In this document: positions 49,520 to 62,929 of the stretch, piece by piece | Layout of the letters: each line of letters starts with the position of its first letter | Numbering within the stretch: the first letter of the stretch is position 1 | Source: Hemiscyllium ocellatum | Lineage: Eukaryota | NCBI RefSeq assembly: GCF_020745735.1 | Contig: NC_083423.1 | Span: 33,666,001 to 33,730,000 of the forward strand | Length of the DNA: 64,000 bases | Direction: 5' to 3' | Program-made: the position numbers and the translations under genes | The notes under the pieces: generated by a model | The model's database searches: none | What the model was told of the DNA's origin: nothing | Seen by the model: the letters and a program-made list of their open reading frames with translations, nothing else

Positions 49520-52500
49520 GCATAAATTCTACAAGAGAGACGGTTTGCACCTTAATAGATTAGGGACCAGCATTCTGACAGGCAGGTTTGTTACTGCAAC
49601 ACAGCTACGCTTAAATTAAGTAGGGGGGGGAGGGGACAAACTGGATGTTTAGGAAGGAAATTGAAGGGAAAGTTAGAACAAGGGCAGTCAAGAAAGACAA
49701 CTGTATCAATGAAGCAGAAAACTCAAAAAGGGATCATGCTGTAAGGTTGAGTGAAATAGGAGTTGATGGGAAGGGTGAGGGCAGTAACAAATTAAAAGTA
49801 CTATACATGAATGCACGAAGCATTAGAAATAAGATGGATGAGCTTGAGGCTCTTTTGGAAATTGGCAGATACGATATTGTGGGGATAACCGAGACGTGGC
49901 TTCAAGTGGACAGGGCCTGGGAAATGAATATTCAAGGCTACACGTGCTATTGTAAGGACAGACTGACGGGCAGAGGGGGTGGGGTGGCCATGTTGGTAAG
50001 GGATGATATTCAGTCCCTTGCCTGGGGGGGGGGACCTAGAATCAGGGGATGTAGAGTCAGTGTGGATAGAGTTGAGAAATACTAAGGGTAAAAAGACCTT
50101 CTTGGGAGTTATCCACAGGCCCCAAACAGTAGTCTGGATGTTGGATGTAAGTTGAATCAGGAGCTGAAATTGGCCTGTCGCAAAGATGTTACTGCAGTTG
50201 TTATGGGGAATTTCAATGTGCAACTAGACTGGGAGAATCAGGATGGTATTGGACTTCAAGAAAGAGACTTTGTGGAGTGCCTCAGAGATGGATTCTTAGA
50301 ATAGCTGGTGCTGGAGCCGACCAGGGAGAAGGCAGTTCTGGATCTGGTATTGTACAATGAACCAGAATTGGTCAGGGACCTCGAAATGAAGGAGCCATTG
50401 GGCAGTAGTGACCATAATACAATAAGCTTCAGTCTGCCATTTGAGAGGGAGAGGGTACAATTGGAAGTGACAATATTTCTGTTGAATAAAGGGAACTATG
50501 GAGCTGTGAGGGAGGAGCTGGCCAAAGTTCAATGGTGCAATACCTTAGCAGGGATGACAGTGGAGGAACAATGGCAGATATTTCTGTGTATAATGCAGAA
50601 GATGCAGGATCAGTTCATTCCAAAAAGGAAGAAAGATCCTAGGAGGAGGCATGGGTGGCCGTGGCTGATGAGGGAAGTTAAGAAACATATAAAGTTAAAA
50701 GAGAAAAAGTATAACATAGCAAAGATAAGTGGGAAAACGGAGGACTGGGAAGCTTTTAAAGAACAACAGAGGATTACTAAGAAGGAACTATGCAGAAAAA
50801 AAATGAGGTATGAAGGTAAACTGGCCAATAATATAAAGGAGGATAGCAAAAGCTTTTTTAGGTATGTGAACAGCAAAAAATGGTGAAGAGTAAAATTGGG
50901 CCCTTGAAGACAGAAACAGGGGAATATATTACGGGGAACAAAGAAATGACAGAAGAATTGAATTGGTACTTCAGATCTGTGTTCACTGGGGAAGACACAA
51001 GCAATCTCCCTGAGGTAACAGTGGCTAAAGGACCTAAACGTAAGGGAATTTATATTTGCCAGGAATTGGTGTTGGAGAGACTGTTAGGTCTGAAGGTTGA
51101 TAAGTCCCTGGGGCCTGATGGTCTACATCCCAGGGTACTGAAGGAGGTGGCTCGAGAAATCGTGGATGCGTTGGTGATTATTTTCCAGAGTTCGATAGAC
51201 TCGGGATCAGTTCCAGCGGATTGGAGGGTGGCTAATGTTATACCACTTTTTAAGAAAGGTGGGAGAGAGAAAGCAGGAAATTATAAACCAGTTAGTCTGA
51301 CCTCAGAGGTGGGAAAGATTCTGGAGTCTATTATAAAGGATGAAATTACGACACATCTGGATAGTAGTAACAGGATAGGTCAGACTCAGCATGGAACTAT
51401 GAAGAGGAAATCATGCTTGATTAATCTTCTGGAATTTTTTGAGGATGTAACTCTGAAGATGGACAAGGAGATCCAGTAGACGTGGTGTTCCTGGACTTTC
51501 AGAAAGCATTTGATGAAGTCCCACATAGGAGGTTAGTGAGCAAAATTAGGGCGCCTGTTATTGGGGGCAAAGTACTAACTTGGATTGAAAGTTGGTTGGC
51601 TGATAGGAAACAAAGAGTTGTGATAAACATCTCCATTTCGGAATGGCAGGCAGTGACCAGTGGGGTACTGCAGGGATCAGTACTAGGACTGCAGCTTTTT
51701 ACAATATATGTTAATGATATAGAAGATGGTATTAGCATTATTCACTTTGGTGGCAAGAACAGGAAGGCAGATTACTAACTAAATGGAATCAATTTAGGTA
51801 AAGGGCAGTACAGAGAGATCTGGGTGTTCTTGTACACCAGTCAATGAAGGTAAGCGTGCAGGTACAGCAGGTAGTGAAGAAGGCTAATAACATGCTGGCC
51901 TTCATAACAAGAGGGATTGAGTATAGAAGCAAAGAGGTTCTTCTGCAGCTGTACAGGGCCCTGGTGAGACCACACCTGGAGTATCGTGTGCAGTTCTGGT
52001 TTCCAAATTTGAGGAAAGACATTCTGGCTATTGAGGGAGTTCAGCGTAGGTTCACGAGGTCAATTCCTGGTGGGATTACCTTACATTGAAAGAGTGGAGC
52101 AACTGGGTTTGTATACCCTTGAGTTTAGAAGACTGAGAGGGGTTCTGATTGAGACATATAAGATTATTAAAGGTTTGGACACTCTGGCAGCAGGAAACAT
52201 GTTTCTGCTGATGGGTGAGTGCCGAACCAGAGGACAGAGCTTAAAAATACTGGGTAGACCACTTAGGACAGAGATGAGAAGAAACTTCTTCACCCAGAGA
52301 ATGATGGCTGTGTGGAATGCTCTGCCCCAGAGGGCAGTGGAGGCCCAGTCTCTGGATTCATTTAAGAAAGAGTTGAATAGAGCTCTCAAGGATAGTGGAA
52401 TCAAGGGTTATGGAGATAAGGCAGGAACAGGATACTGATTAAGGATGATCAGCCATGTTCATATTGATCGGTGGTACAGGCTCGAAGGGCAGAATGGCTT

Positions 52501-52540
52501 ACTCCTGCGTCTATTGTCTATTGTCTATTGTCTATTGTCT
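49520..52540 (+). mobile_element. Near-complete CR1 LINE ORF2 (APE endonuclease + RT), frameshifted, catalytic FADD region deleted
   Basis: LYMNARSIRNK...GITETWL, GGGVA, LGSSDHN, PGPDG-like, DFQKAFD, SGVLQGSVLG; tail (CTATTGT)4 at 52511-52540. Confidence 0.93.
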
Positions 52541-53149
52541 AACACCGAATTTGATCAAAATTTTATCATTAATTACTTATCCTGTTCCTATGGTAACTGT
52601 TACGTCTGATTCTGACCCAGCTTCCCATGTGCCGTTTGAGGAACAATTTGCCATTTCAGTGAATATGCTGGAATTGCGCCCTTGTCTCTTGCATCCATAT
52701 CATCTTTATAATTCTGTGGTGCGCTGAATAAGCACCTGCGAGTCTAGAGCTGCCCTACATGATTCTTGACTTTTGCTCTGAACAAGGCAGACAGATGGAA
52801 ACCTGCGTTTCTCTGTGCGGGCAGTGACTTGGAGGTGTTGCTGGAGAGGATGGATATAAAGGCAGGACTTGCTTCCATGACCAGCAGCAGATGCCATGAC
52901 AGCAGACTATGTCAGCCTGAATCAAGGTTGTCACCTGGGTCAGTGCAATCTCATCTGGAGGAATGTCCAGCAATCGCTGATCCTTTCCATTTCATCCTGG
53001 TAAGGGACAACATCTGTCTGATATCCTTTGTTCTCTCTCTGCTTCTGTATCCACCTCCCATATAAGGCTCAAGCTTGATTGCTTCCACTATTCCTTGTTA
53101 TATCTTCCCTCATTTGTATTCACCTATTCCAATCTCTGACACTACTAGA

Positions 53150-53760
53150 ATAGAGAACATAAAACAATACTGCATAGAAACAGGCCCTTGCACCCAAAAT
53201 GTTGTGCTGAAAACAAAGCCAAATTAAATTAATCCCTTCAGCCTGCCCTTAGTCTATACCCTACCATTCCTTGCACATTCATCTTCAAGTCTCTTGAAAG
53301 TCTATATCATATTTGGCCCCACCATCACCCCTGGCAACATGTTCCACCCATCTATCACTCACTGTGTAAAAAAACTTGCTCCTCACATATCCTTTGAACT
53401 TTATCACTCTCATCTTAAATGCATGCCCCATACTTTTAGACATTTCAACTCTGGGAAGAAGATTCTGACTGTCAACCAGAATCCCACAATCCCAAATTGC
53501 ATCCCACAATTTTACAGACTTCTATCAAGTCTTCCCTCAGCCTTCGCCACCCTAGAGAAAACAAATCAAATTTTTCTGGTTTCTCCTTATATTTTGTACC
53601 TTCTAATCTGGGCAGTATCCTGGTAAACCTCTTCTGCACACTCTCCAAAGCTTCCACATCTTTCCCGTAATATGATGACCAGAATTAATGCAGTACTTTA
53701 GGTGTGGTCTAACCAAACTCTTATAAAACTGCAACATGACATCCTTACTCTTGTCCTCAA
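53150..53760 (-). mobile_element. CR1 3' fragment
   Basis: ALESVQKRFTRILP...LREDLIEV. Confidence 0.85.
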
Positions 53761-55451
53761 CTGTACTAACTCTACATGCCCTTTGTGCTGCCTACTTAAA
53801 CGCTCAGAACTCCTCCTAACCTGTACCAAAAGACCCCTTGAGTTGGCTGAGGCCTGCTTCCTGGCTTTCCAAGTGTGTTAAATGGCCAGGCAAGATAGCA
53901 GTAATATGAGATTCATATACCTGGCTGAGGGAGCAGAGTGCAAAAATAAGGCAAGGATGCTGTGAAGATCCAGCTCATCTCTGAGTGAGACAGTGCTATG
54001 ACAACAATCAAACAACCTGGAGGTACAGCCTGGTCCAATCCAAGAGCTGAGTGCATGTCCCTGAGCACTCTTGCAGAGTCCATGCTGCAGGATTTACCGG
54101 TGCAACCTGAATTGCCGCATTGAAGTGCAGAAGCACCCTGCATGTGGATCGAGGATGTGTCATAATGATTCTTAGAGGCTGGCACATATCAGATGTCAAT
54201 GTCTGTGGATATTGTGTGTATGTGGCTGCTGTCCACGCAGGGTGTCCAGATATGTTATTGCCCGATACCCAGCATGAGGTATTTGCAGCAAGTTGAAGTA
54301 GCCGCTTTGCTTTCCAAGCCATTTTTTTTTCTCAATGTCTAGCTTATTTGGTGAGTTTGGTGAGATCAAAAGTTAAATATTAATGAGGCGAGTTAAGGTG
54401 TGAACAAAATATTTAACAAACAATTATTCCCCCTTAATTAGCAATTCACATCTACATTCTGAGAATCTCACCACATGCTTGTGAAAAGCAAAAAAAAGAT
54501 GGAATGATCTCCTGCCAACATCAAGATGTCTTTGTTCAACTGCTTGTCTGATTCTGCAATAAATCTCATCACAGCCCACATCACTCAGATACCTATAAGA
54601 TTCCACCCCAAGCCTTCTTGTTAAGGTGATGTAATTGTTGTTTGTTGTCTTGTTGGGAGCTTCTTCAATCAGAGTTTGTTGGCCCATTTTCAAGTGAATG
54701 TGCACAATCTTCATTTGTGTCACAATTAACATCACCTACAGTTAATGTAGTAGCTGGTTGTCTTTATTTTAAATTTTGGATTTTGAACACTTGGTGAAGA
54801 ACTGGTTTAATACATTTCAGTACATTCCTTTTTTTGTGTCAAGCAAGGTCTTTCTTTTGGAAACTACATTTACACGATATTTGCAGTAATTTTCAAAAGA
54901 TCTTTGTGTTGCACATTTTTTTTACTTTTCCTTCCTATACATCATATTTATTTCTGAAAGCTTATTTATCTGCGTGTGCTGTGCTGGTTATTCATTAACT
55001 TTACATGATTCAATGTAAGCTTTTAATATCAATTGAATACTTGTAATAATCTTTATCTGATTTGTTATCCCAACAGCTTACTCTGTTACTGATTAGACTT
55101 TTATTTTATGTATTGAAATTATATGTTTGAGATGACATGTAATCATTTCACATTTCCAATGGTCTGATTGATGTTTAGTGTCATTTAGTTAAAATGCCAC
55201 AATTTTTGATATCCTTTATTTTATAATCACAATAACGTATATTAGATACCTGGATTAGATTTACAGTTTCTCTGAGATTAGAACCTGGGAAATGTTGATT
55301 CCCTAAAGGTGTAAGTTAACTTCAAACAAAGTGTTTTACCAAATGCGGCGATGCAAATGTTATCTCCTGTAACATAAGGAACTGGATGTGGAGATTGTGA
55401 TATTGAAGAATCCAACAGGCATTTATGACTTCTTGAGTGGGCACTATATTT

Positions 55452-55656
55452 GAAAATGTGTTGCTGGAAAAGCACAGCAGGTCAGGCAGCATCCAAGGAG
55501 CAGGAGAATCAACGTTTCGGGCATGGGCCCTTCTTCCTGAAGAAGGGCTCATGCCCAAAATGTCAATTCTCCTGCTCCTTGGATGCAGCTGTGCTTTTCC
55601 AGCAACATATTTTCAGCTCTGATCTCCAGCATCTGCAGTTCTCACTTTCTCCTTGA
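55452..55656. mobile_element. Neptune pLTR fold-back insertion with back-to-back hammerhead remnants
   Basis: TSD GCA(C/T)TATATTT at 55441-55451 and 55657-55667; centre GCATGGGCCCTTCTTC|CTGAAGAAGGGCTCATGCCC. Confidence 0.8.
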
Positions 55657-56971
55657 GCATTATATTTATCAGGTATTTGGTTCCTTAGGCTTGTTTTAAA
55701 CGATTAAGTTACAACAGAGCAATATGCTTCCAGTAAAGCATAGCTCTTCAACTAAGACCTTAAGACTCTCAGGCCACATGTTTTGATACAACAATGATAT
55801 CATGAGTATGCACTCTTAACTACAAACTGACGTACTAACAGTGAGGCATAACACAACACTAAGTACAAGCACAAGGGAAAAAGATGGAATTTCTAGGAGA
55901 CTGTTCTTTGTTTTTTTTCATTGCCTGGTAATTTTGGAGCATTCTCCAAGATGCTTAATAATCAGCAACAGAAATGTATGCAGGTTAAGGTTTGGCATTT
56001 AAATTAAATAGGTTCTTCGGCCTCATTTCTCTATACTGTTGTCAGCTGGCTGGCCATTTGGAAGGATCATTGTGGATGTAAATAAAAGAGACAATCTAGC
56101 TGTAATGATATTATTTCAACAGTGAGTTTTCTGAAAAGACTTTCAACCCATCTTAATGCCACATTGTTAACAACGAACATTCAACAGGGTTGCAGTCACT
56201 CACACCTGATTAAAATTAACCACAATTTTACCTTCATTCAGTCACCAGCTGCAGGAGGATAAAGAGCAAAATGGATCACTGATGGTTAGTGTGAACATGA
56301 CAGCAATTTTTCTTTTGATCTCCCAGCTACAATGGAAGAATCCCTATTCTGTCTTGTAGCTGTTGTGAGGTAGGTTACCACATCATTATGCTGATAGTGG
56401 TTCTTTATGGAAGTATGTGAAAACAGAAAAATGCCTCAGTATGCGATTTAATTGTGTTCATGCGAAGTACTCGAACACTGAAAAGTGACCGGCACTTTTT
56501 CAGGATCATAATTTTGCAAAAATTAGTTCTTGGATTGGGATAATCAGTGGCAAGGTCAACATTTTTTATCCATAGCTAATTACCCTGGAAAAGTCAGTCA
56601 CCTTGTTGAATGGCTGCAGTCCATGTGGCCTACACACAACTGTCCTCTGCCAGTGTTTGTTACATTTGATAGAAATGAGTGCCTCACCAGGCTATTGCAA
56701 TAAACAGTCAATAGGCAAAATCAAAAAGCACTGGAGAAACTCAATGTCTGTGAACATAGAAACAATGGTTCTTGTATCTTATCTGGGGTAGACTGTATAT
56801 GGACAGCTGATTTCCTTCCTTGAAGAACATTACAATTAGACAAGCTTTTAATGGCAGTATTTTCAGGTTCACCATTACTGAGACTAGCTTTTTAATCTAG
56901 ATTTTTAAAATAATTATTTTTAAGTTCTCTCACTAGTGAATGGGATTTTACTCAAAGCTTCTGTATTACCA

Positions 56972-57577
56972 GAAAGAAGCGAGGACTGCAGATGCTGGAG
57001 ATCAGAGTCAAAAACTATGGCACTGGAAAAGCACAGCAGGTCAGGCAGCATCCAAAGAGCAGGAGAATTGATGTTTCGGGCATAAGCCCTTCATCAGAAT
57101 GTTTGGGGGAAGGTGGGGGGGGGGGGGGGGAGAGGAGGAGTGGAGACAGGTCCCATGGGACCTGACAGATAAATGTGAGGGGGTTGGGGGCTGGGGGCGA
57201 GGTAGCTTGGAAGGAGATAGATAGATGAAGTGAGGAGTGATCATGATAGGTCAGGGTAGAGGGGATAGGTGGGAAGGAAGATGGACAGATAAGACATTTT
57301 AAGAGGGTGGTGCTGAGTTGGAGGGCTGGATCTGGAATAGGGTGGGGAGAGGGGAGATGAAGCAACTGGTGAAATCGACACTGATACTGTGTTGTTGGAG
57401 GGTCCCAAGGCAGAAGATGAAGTGTTCTTTCTCCAGGCATCGGGTGGCTTGGATTTGGCAGTGAAGGAGGTCCAAGACCTGCAAGTCCTTGGCAGAGTCA
57501 GAGGGGGAGTTGAAGTGGTCGGCCAGAGGGCGGGGGGGGGGGAAGGTGTGTTGGGTGCATGTGTCTCAGAGATGTTC
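56972..57577 (-). mobile_element. Neptune PLE 3' fragment with hammerhead (57066-57100)
   Basis: MQVLDLLHCQIQATRCLEKEHFIFCLGTLQ; TSD TCTG(T/G)ATTACCA at 56960-56971 and 57578-57589. Confidence 0.88.
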
Positions 57578-59099
57578 TCTGGATTACCAATTTAGTAGCA
57601 TTCTCATTATGTGCCATGTCGTCTACACTATACCCAGTGGGGGCGGGACTTTGATTTCGGAAAATCCCGATCTGAAGCCAAATCAATGAATTTCAAGTCC
57701 TTTGACAAATCGGTATGTCAATCATGAATATTTGGTAGAGTGCAATAATGCCAAACACCTTGGATGAAAAAGTAATAGTGGACAGTGCAGATTGGCTATT
57801 GAACCTCTGCAAAAAGAATCATGACAAATCCTTGTGCATACAATGAAGTGAGGGCTGGGATGGTATGCACAGCAGCAAAATACATATCTCAAGAAAAAGG
57901 TAAAAAATTCTGAGCAAATCCCAGCAACCATCAGTAACACCAAAGAATTGCTTCCAGAAACGAGGGGGAAGGAATGAGAAACATATACACTGTCACAAAT
58001 TTATATGATTAATCTGAGGCCCACTGACAAATGAATGTGATAAAAGAACTTAGCATTCACTCCCTGTGAGAAATAAGCACAGCAATGAAGGTATTGTGGA
58101 TTACAGTTAAGAATGATAAATATGTGCATCAATATGATAAATGAGAATGTGGAGCCAATTCCTGCATTGCAGTGAATAGCAGGTGTGATTGTATAAACTC
58201 TTTTAAGGTGCACATCTCTCTGGAGAACCAAGAGGGTGAAATGCCTGCTGATAATGACTTTGCCAACAAATTCATTGTGAGAACAATTCCTGGACAAAAG
58301 GACTGTTATTCCTCATTTTGTCATCTATGTAACTCTTGATGAGAAATGACAGCATGCTGATCCTGAAACATTATGAAAGATCATGGGGTAACTGTGAACG
58401 AGAATGAGGATTTATCCCAGCTGAGCTCCATCACATGGAAGGACACTGCAATCAGTCCAGTAAAACATTTCATGTTTACTTAAATAATTCAAAGCTTCAT
58501 GGCTCCTGTTCTCCATCTGAAAATCTATTTCCTCTGTTGATTGCTTTGTATGTGAAGAACCTTTTGATATCAGCCCTAGAGTTCCAACTTTTAACTTGTC
58601 CTATTTTCACAATTTATTTAGGAGCAACATTATCAATCTATTCCTTTTGTTCCTATTTGGATGTGTATACCTTCTTGAGATTTTGGACTCCTCTGTTTAT
58701 AGTTTCAAAATTTTTTCCACATAACTCCGGGCTCAGACGTAGGGATCAGCCTGGGAACATTGCTTACAGCTGCCTCCAGTTCTTGACCATCTGTCTTGTA
58801 TTTCAGTCACTAGAACTGAACACAAAATACAAGGTATAGCCTGACTAGTGTGAGCTTGGGGATAACTTTGCCCACCTGCACTGTTGTTTTGGCTGGATAG
58901 TTTAATGTAGTTTTCTTTGGCATCGTCATGGGTCCAATGGGGATTGGGTCCTTGAACCCAGACCCATCAAATCAACTAAGTGAACTTTGTCTTACATTCC
59001 CTTTCTTTAATTTTTAAAAGTTAAATTATTGTGGATGACTATTATTCTGAGCTGTTGTCTTCTTAATTTTTCCAATATGATACTATGATCTGATAGTTT

Positions 59100-59270
59100 C
59101 GAAGGTTTGGAATGCTGAACTGTTTATTTCTTTATTTTTATAATATTTTTCCAAAGAACTTGTACTCAAGAATCTGTACTGTGGTACTTTTGTACCCACA
59201 GTAAGTGGCCACTGGTAAACTTTTCACTTGTGAGTATACGTGACAAAAAATCTAAATCAATTCAATTAAA
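59100..59270 (+). mobile_element. LINE 3' tail fragment (Rex1/Babar-like, tentative)
   Basis: ACTTTTCACT...TACGTGACAAAAAATCTAAATCAA; related to 10668-11070. Confidence 0.45.
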
Positions 59271-59602
59271 ATTCTGCCTGATTTGTTATTGGTGCTCTGC
59301 ATTGGTTGGCCATGCTGAGCATTCATCCTCCTGGGATTAACTGCCTCTTTCAATTTTATCCTTCATCATTTTAACACCCTTCATGGAATGTGTGTGCCAC
59401 TGTCTGTCTTTTCAATGTGTTGTACTTGCATTTGTCCACATCAAATTTTGTCTGGCATTAAGATGATCAATTACTGCTTCTGTTCAACTTAATTTATATT
59501 TAAGAGCTGCCTCATCAGAATCAGCTGCCCTTCCTAATTTGCTCTTGGTTATCAATTTGATCATGTTGTGCTAAGTTACTAAGATGAAGTCAAAGCATAA
59601 TG

Positions 59603-59736
59603 TGGAGGTGCTGGCATTGGATTGGGGTGGACAAGGTCAGAAGTCACATGACTCTAGGTGACAGCAGCGTTCTGAAAGCTTGTGATTTCAAATAAACCTG
59701 TTGGACTATAACCTGGTGTCATGCGCTTTCTGACTT
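59603..59736. mobile_element. Older PLE family C fold-back fragment
   Basis: GAAAGCTTGTGATTTCAAATAAACCTGTTGGACTATAACCTGGTGT matches 26190-26254; inverted arm upstream. Confidence 0.7.
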
Positions 59737-60669
59737 AAGTCAACATAAATTAAAACGACAGTGGTCCCAATGGTTAGACTGTGACCCACATCCTGAAATA
59801 ATTTCTTCAAGTATGCACAGACCTCAAAAATGACAGTAGATATACTTTTCAGTGTGGCTACTAGGAGCGTCATAAAAAAAATTGAGAAATGATTATGTGA
59901 AAGAATCACTCAAGAAATCAAACATTGAGAAATTAAACCAGAGTTGGAATAAGAAACTAAATTCCCATGGAATAATGCTCTGAGAATTGAGAATATATTG
60001 GAGGGTAAGTGAGAAATCAACATTTTGAATAATCACTCTGAGAAATTAAAGCTCCAAAATGAAACACAGTGAGAAATGAGTGCCTGATGTGCCAGTTCAT
60101 TAGGAAAAATAAGAACGCTGAAATAAGTCCTTGCAACAAGTGGAAGGGAAGCATCATATCTGTGAGCATCTCAGGAAACTGTCATGGCAAATGAGAACAT
60201 TGTGACAAATTACTAGGAGAGGCAAAGAGCATTATTTTAAATTGCTGTGAGAAACTCAAGTGTCAGCAGCGCAATGATGAATCTCTGCAAGAAGTAAGAC
60301 CATCATGGTCAATGCTCCTTTGAGAACAGAGACTGTCGGCGTTGAATCCCTGTAGTAAAGACAAGCATGGCGATGGCTTTCTGTAAAAAATGACAGTGCA
60401 GCAATGAAACTGGAATATGACTGTAACTCCCTGTGTGATATTTAGATGCCATTGTAATTTGCTGTACAAAATAAATGTTATCCTTAATATTACAAAAAAC
60501 AGGCTTGAAACATAAACACTAATCCTTGTAGCATACGTTGGCTAATTATGTGACCACAAATTTTATTTTGTAGCTCATCTTCAGCCATATATATGTTACC
60601 CCTGAGAGGATTTTACTGATCGCCTATCTTAACTCTCGTAGGAGATTGATAAATTTCTCATAGAAGTTT

Positions 60670-61297
60670 GGTATGCTTTCCTTTATTGATCAGAGTATTG
60701 AACACAGGGGTTGGGAGGTCGTGTTGCAGCTGTTCAGGGCATTGGTTAGGCCACTGTTGGAATATTGCGTGAAATTCTGGTCTCCTTCCTATCGGAAAGA
60801 TATTGTGAAACTTGGAAGGGTTCAGAAAAGATTTACAAGGATGTTGCCAGGGTTGGAGAATTTGAGGTATAGGGAGAGGTTGAATAGGCTGGGGCTGTTT
60901 TCCTTGGAGTGTCAGAGGCTGAGGGGTGACCTTATAGAAGTTTATATAATCATGAAGGGCATGGATAAGATAAATAGACAAAGTCTTTTCTCTGAGGTGG
61001 AGGAGTCCATAACCAGGGGGCATAGGTTTAGATGAGAGGGGAAAGATATAAAAGGGGCAACTTTCTCATGCAGAGGGTGGTACATGTATGGAATGAGCTG
61101 CCAGAGGAAGTGGTGGAGGCTAGTACATTGCAACACTTAAAAGGCATCTGGATGTGTATATGAATATACACAGTTTGGAGGGATATGGGCCGGGTGCTGA
61201 CAGGTGGGATTAGATTAGGTTTGGATATCTGATCAGCATGGACGAGTTGGACTGAAGGATCTGTTTCCATGCTGTACATCTCTATGACTCTATGACT
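60670..61297 (+). mobile_element. CR1 (HER1-like) 3' fragment
   Basis: ORF 60673-61035 LVRPLLEYCVKFWSP; tail CTCTATGACTCTATGACT. Confidence 0.92.
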
Positions 61298-62929
61298 AAG
61301 TATGGAGATCAAGTTACTTCAGACTTTAGTGTTTCTGGAACGTTTTGCATTGACTTGTATACCTTCTGTTTGCCGCTTAACAAGGTCAGTAATGGAGTAG
61401 GAGTAGGAGTAGGGAGTTTCTGACCATGGAAAACTGTAGTATTAGTAACCTGTGTATGAAGAGATGTGGAAAAATAACCTCTGCAAGGGAATCAATGGGC
61501 ATAGTCCAGGTATGGAGCATAGTCTGTAACCCTAAAGAAATATAATAAAATGATTTTGTTTGTTCTCCCATAACTCAATGGGTTGTTTAGAGGAGTGACT
61601 GATTTGGGGAGATTCTATTTCAATGGATCTCTTCTTTAGATAATTTGTTATCTATGTTTCTGGGTGCATGGAGAATTCCAATGCCAAAGATGTCCAAGGT
61701 GATACTTGTGTCAATCTACTCCCTGTGTAAGTAAAATGTTTTATAAAAAGAGTGAAGTCAGATTGAATGGATTCCCTCTTTCCCCCTTCCTCATTTGACT
61801 GTAACTTTTTAAAAAATATATACTTCTCAATTTAGTGAGTCTTTGAACAGTGTTCATTAAAGACACAATTAACCAGCTTTTATTGAGTTTGAACTCTGAA
61901 AAGGGGATGGATTTCATTATGCTGAACTTGGTAAGTAAAATAATAAAATACACTCTGTCTTTCATATACTCAAAGGTTCCATCCATGCAAATAGATTACA
62001 TAATGGGGTAGGATGGATTAAGCAAGTTAGAGTTCAGAAAATATTGAAAGATCTTTGCAGTTCATGGAGGTTGGTGGCTTGGTTGGCTTCAAGCCAAATT
62101 CATTGGTCCTGCAGCTTCCATTTGGTGATCTTAATGCTTTTGATATCAAGGCAGTCTGAACCTGCAGGAGACTAATTTATGCATTCTTTTGGAGGAGGCA
62201 GCTGTGGGGTTTAACATTTTAAGTTTCTTTAAAAACTTTGTCTGTAGTATAGAGCTTATAAGTTGTGGAGAGAATGAAAGCAGAAGTAGGGACTTGACTT
62301 AGGTATTGATCCTGTTGTGTCTTGGCTCTTGTGAATACAGTAGAGATGTCCATGATGAAAGAAATTTTAAAAATATATGACATCAAAAACATACAAATAC
62401 AGGATATAAGTTTAAAAGGGAGAATGTCTGGAACAGATGGGAAGAATAAATACCACATAGTTGAATGACCCATAGAAAATTTGGAGGTGATAGATTTTAA
62501 AGTTGAGGTCATGGTTGATTAACTGTTGACTTATATCTTCAGCAGTAGCAGGTCTGTAGATATCTTTGAAGCTCAGTGAATCGTTGTTTTCCTGAGTTGC
62601 TTTTTAATCAAGCACAGTTTTTTGCGATGATGAGAAATGATGTGAGATGAGGAAGTACAGAGTTCCATCTCCTGTTGTCACCATTTAATTTTACCTTCTC
62701 TGTGCCCTGCTTCTTAACAACAGTTGTTGAAATATAGTTCAGTGTGCATTCTGAAGTCTATCTCCATTGTATTTACAAGTTGTCTAACTCGCAGACAAAC
62801 CATTCATCTCTCAATATGAGAAATGGTCATGCAGATGTGAATTAAACATGGGATGCAAATTTCTTGATGCTGACTCAGTTGCAGTGCTTTAGATAAGTTT
62901 GTCGTTAAACAAAATTGGATATTTTAGAG

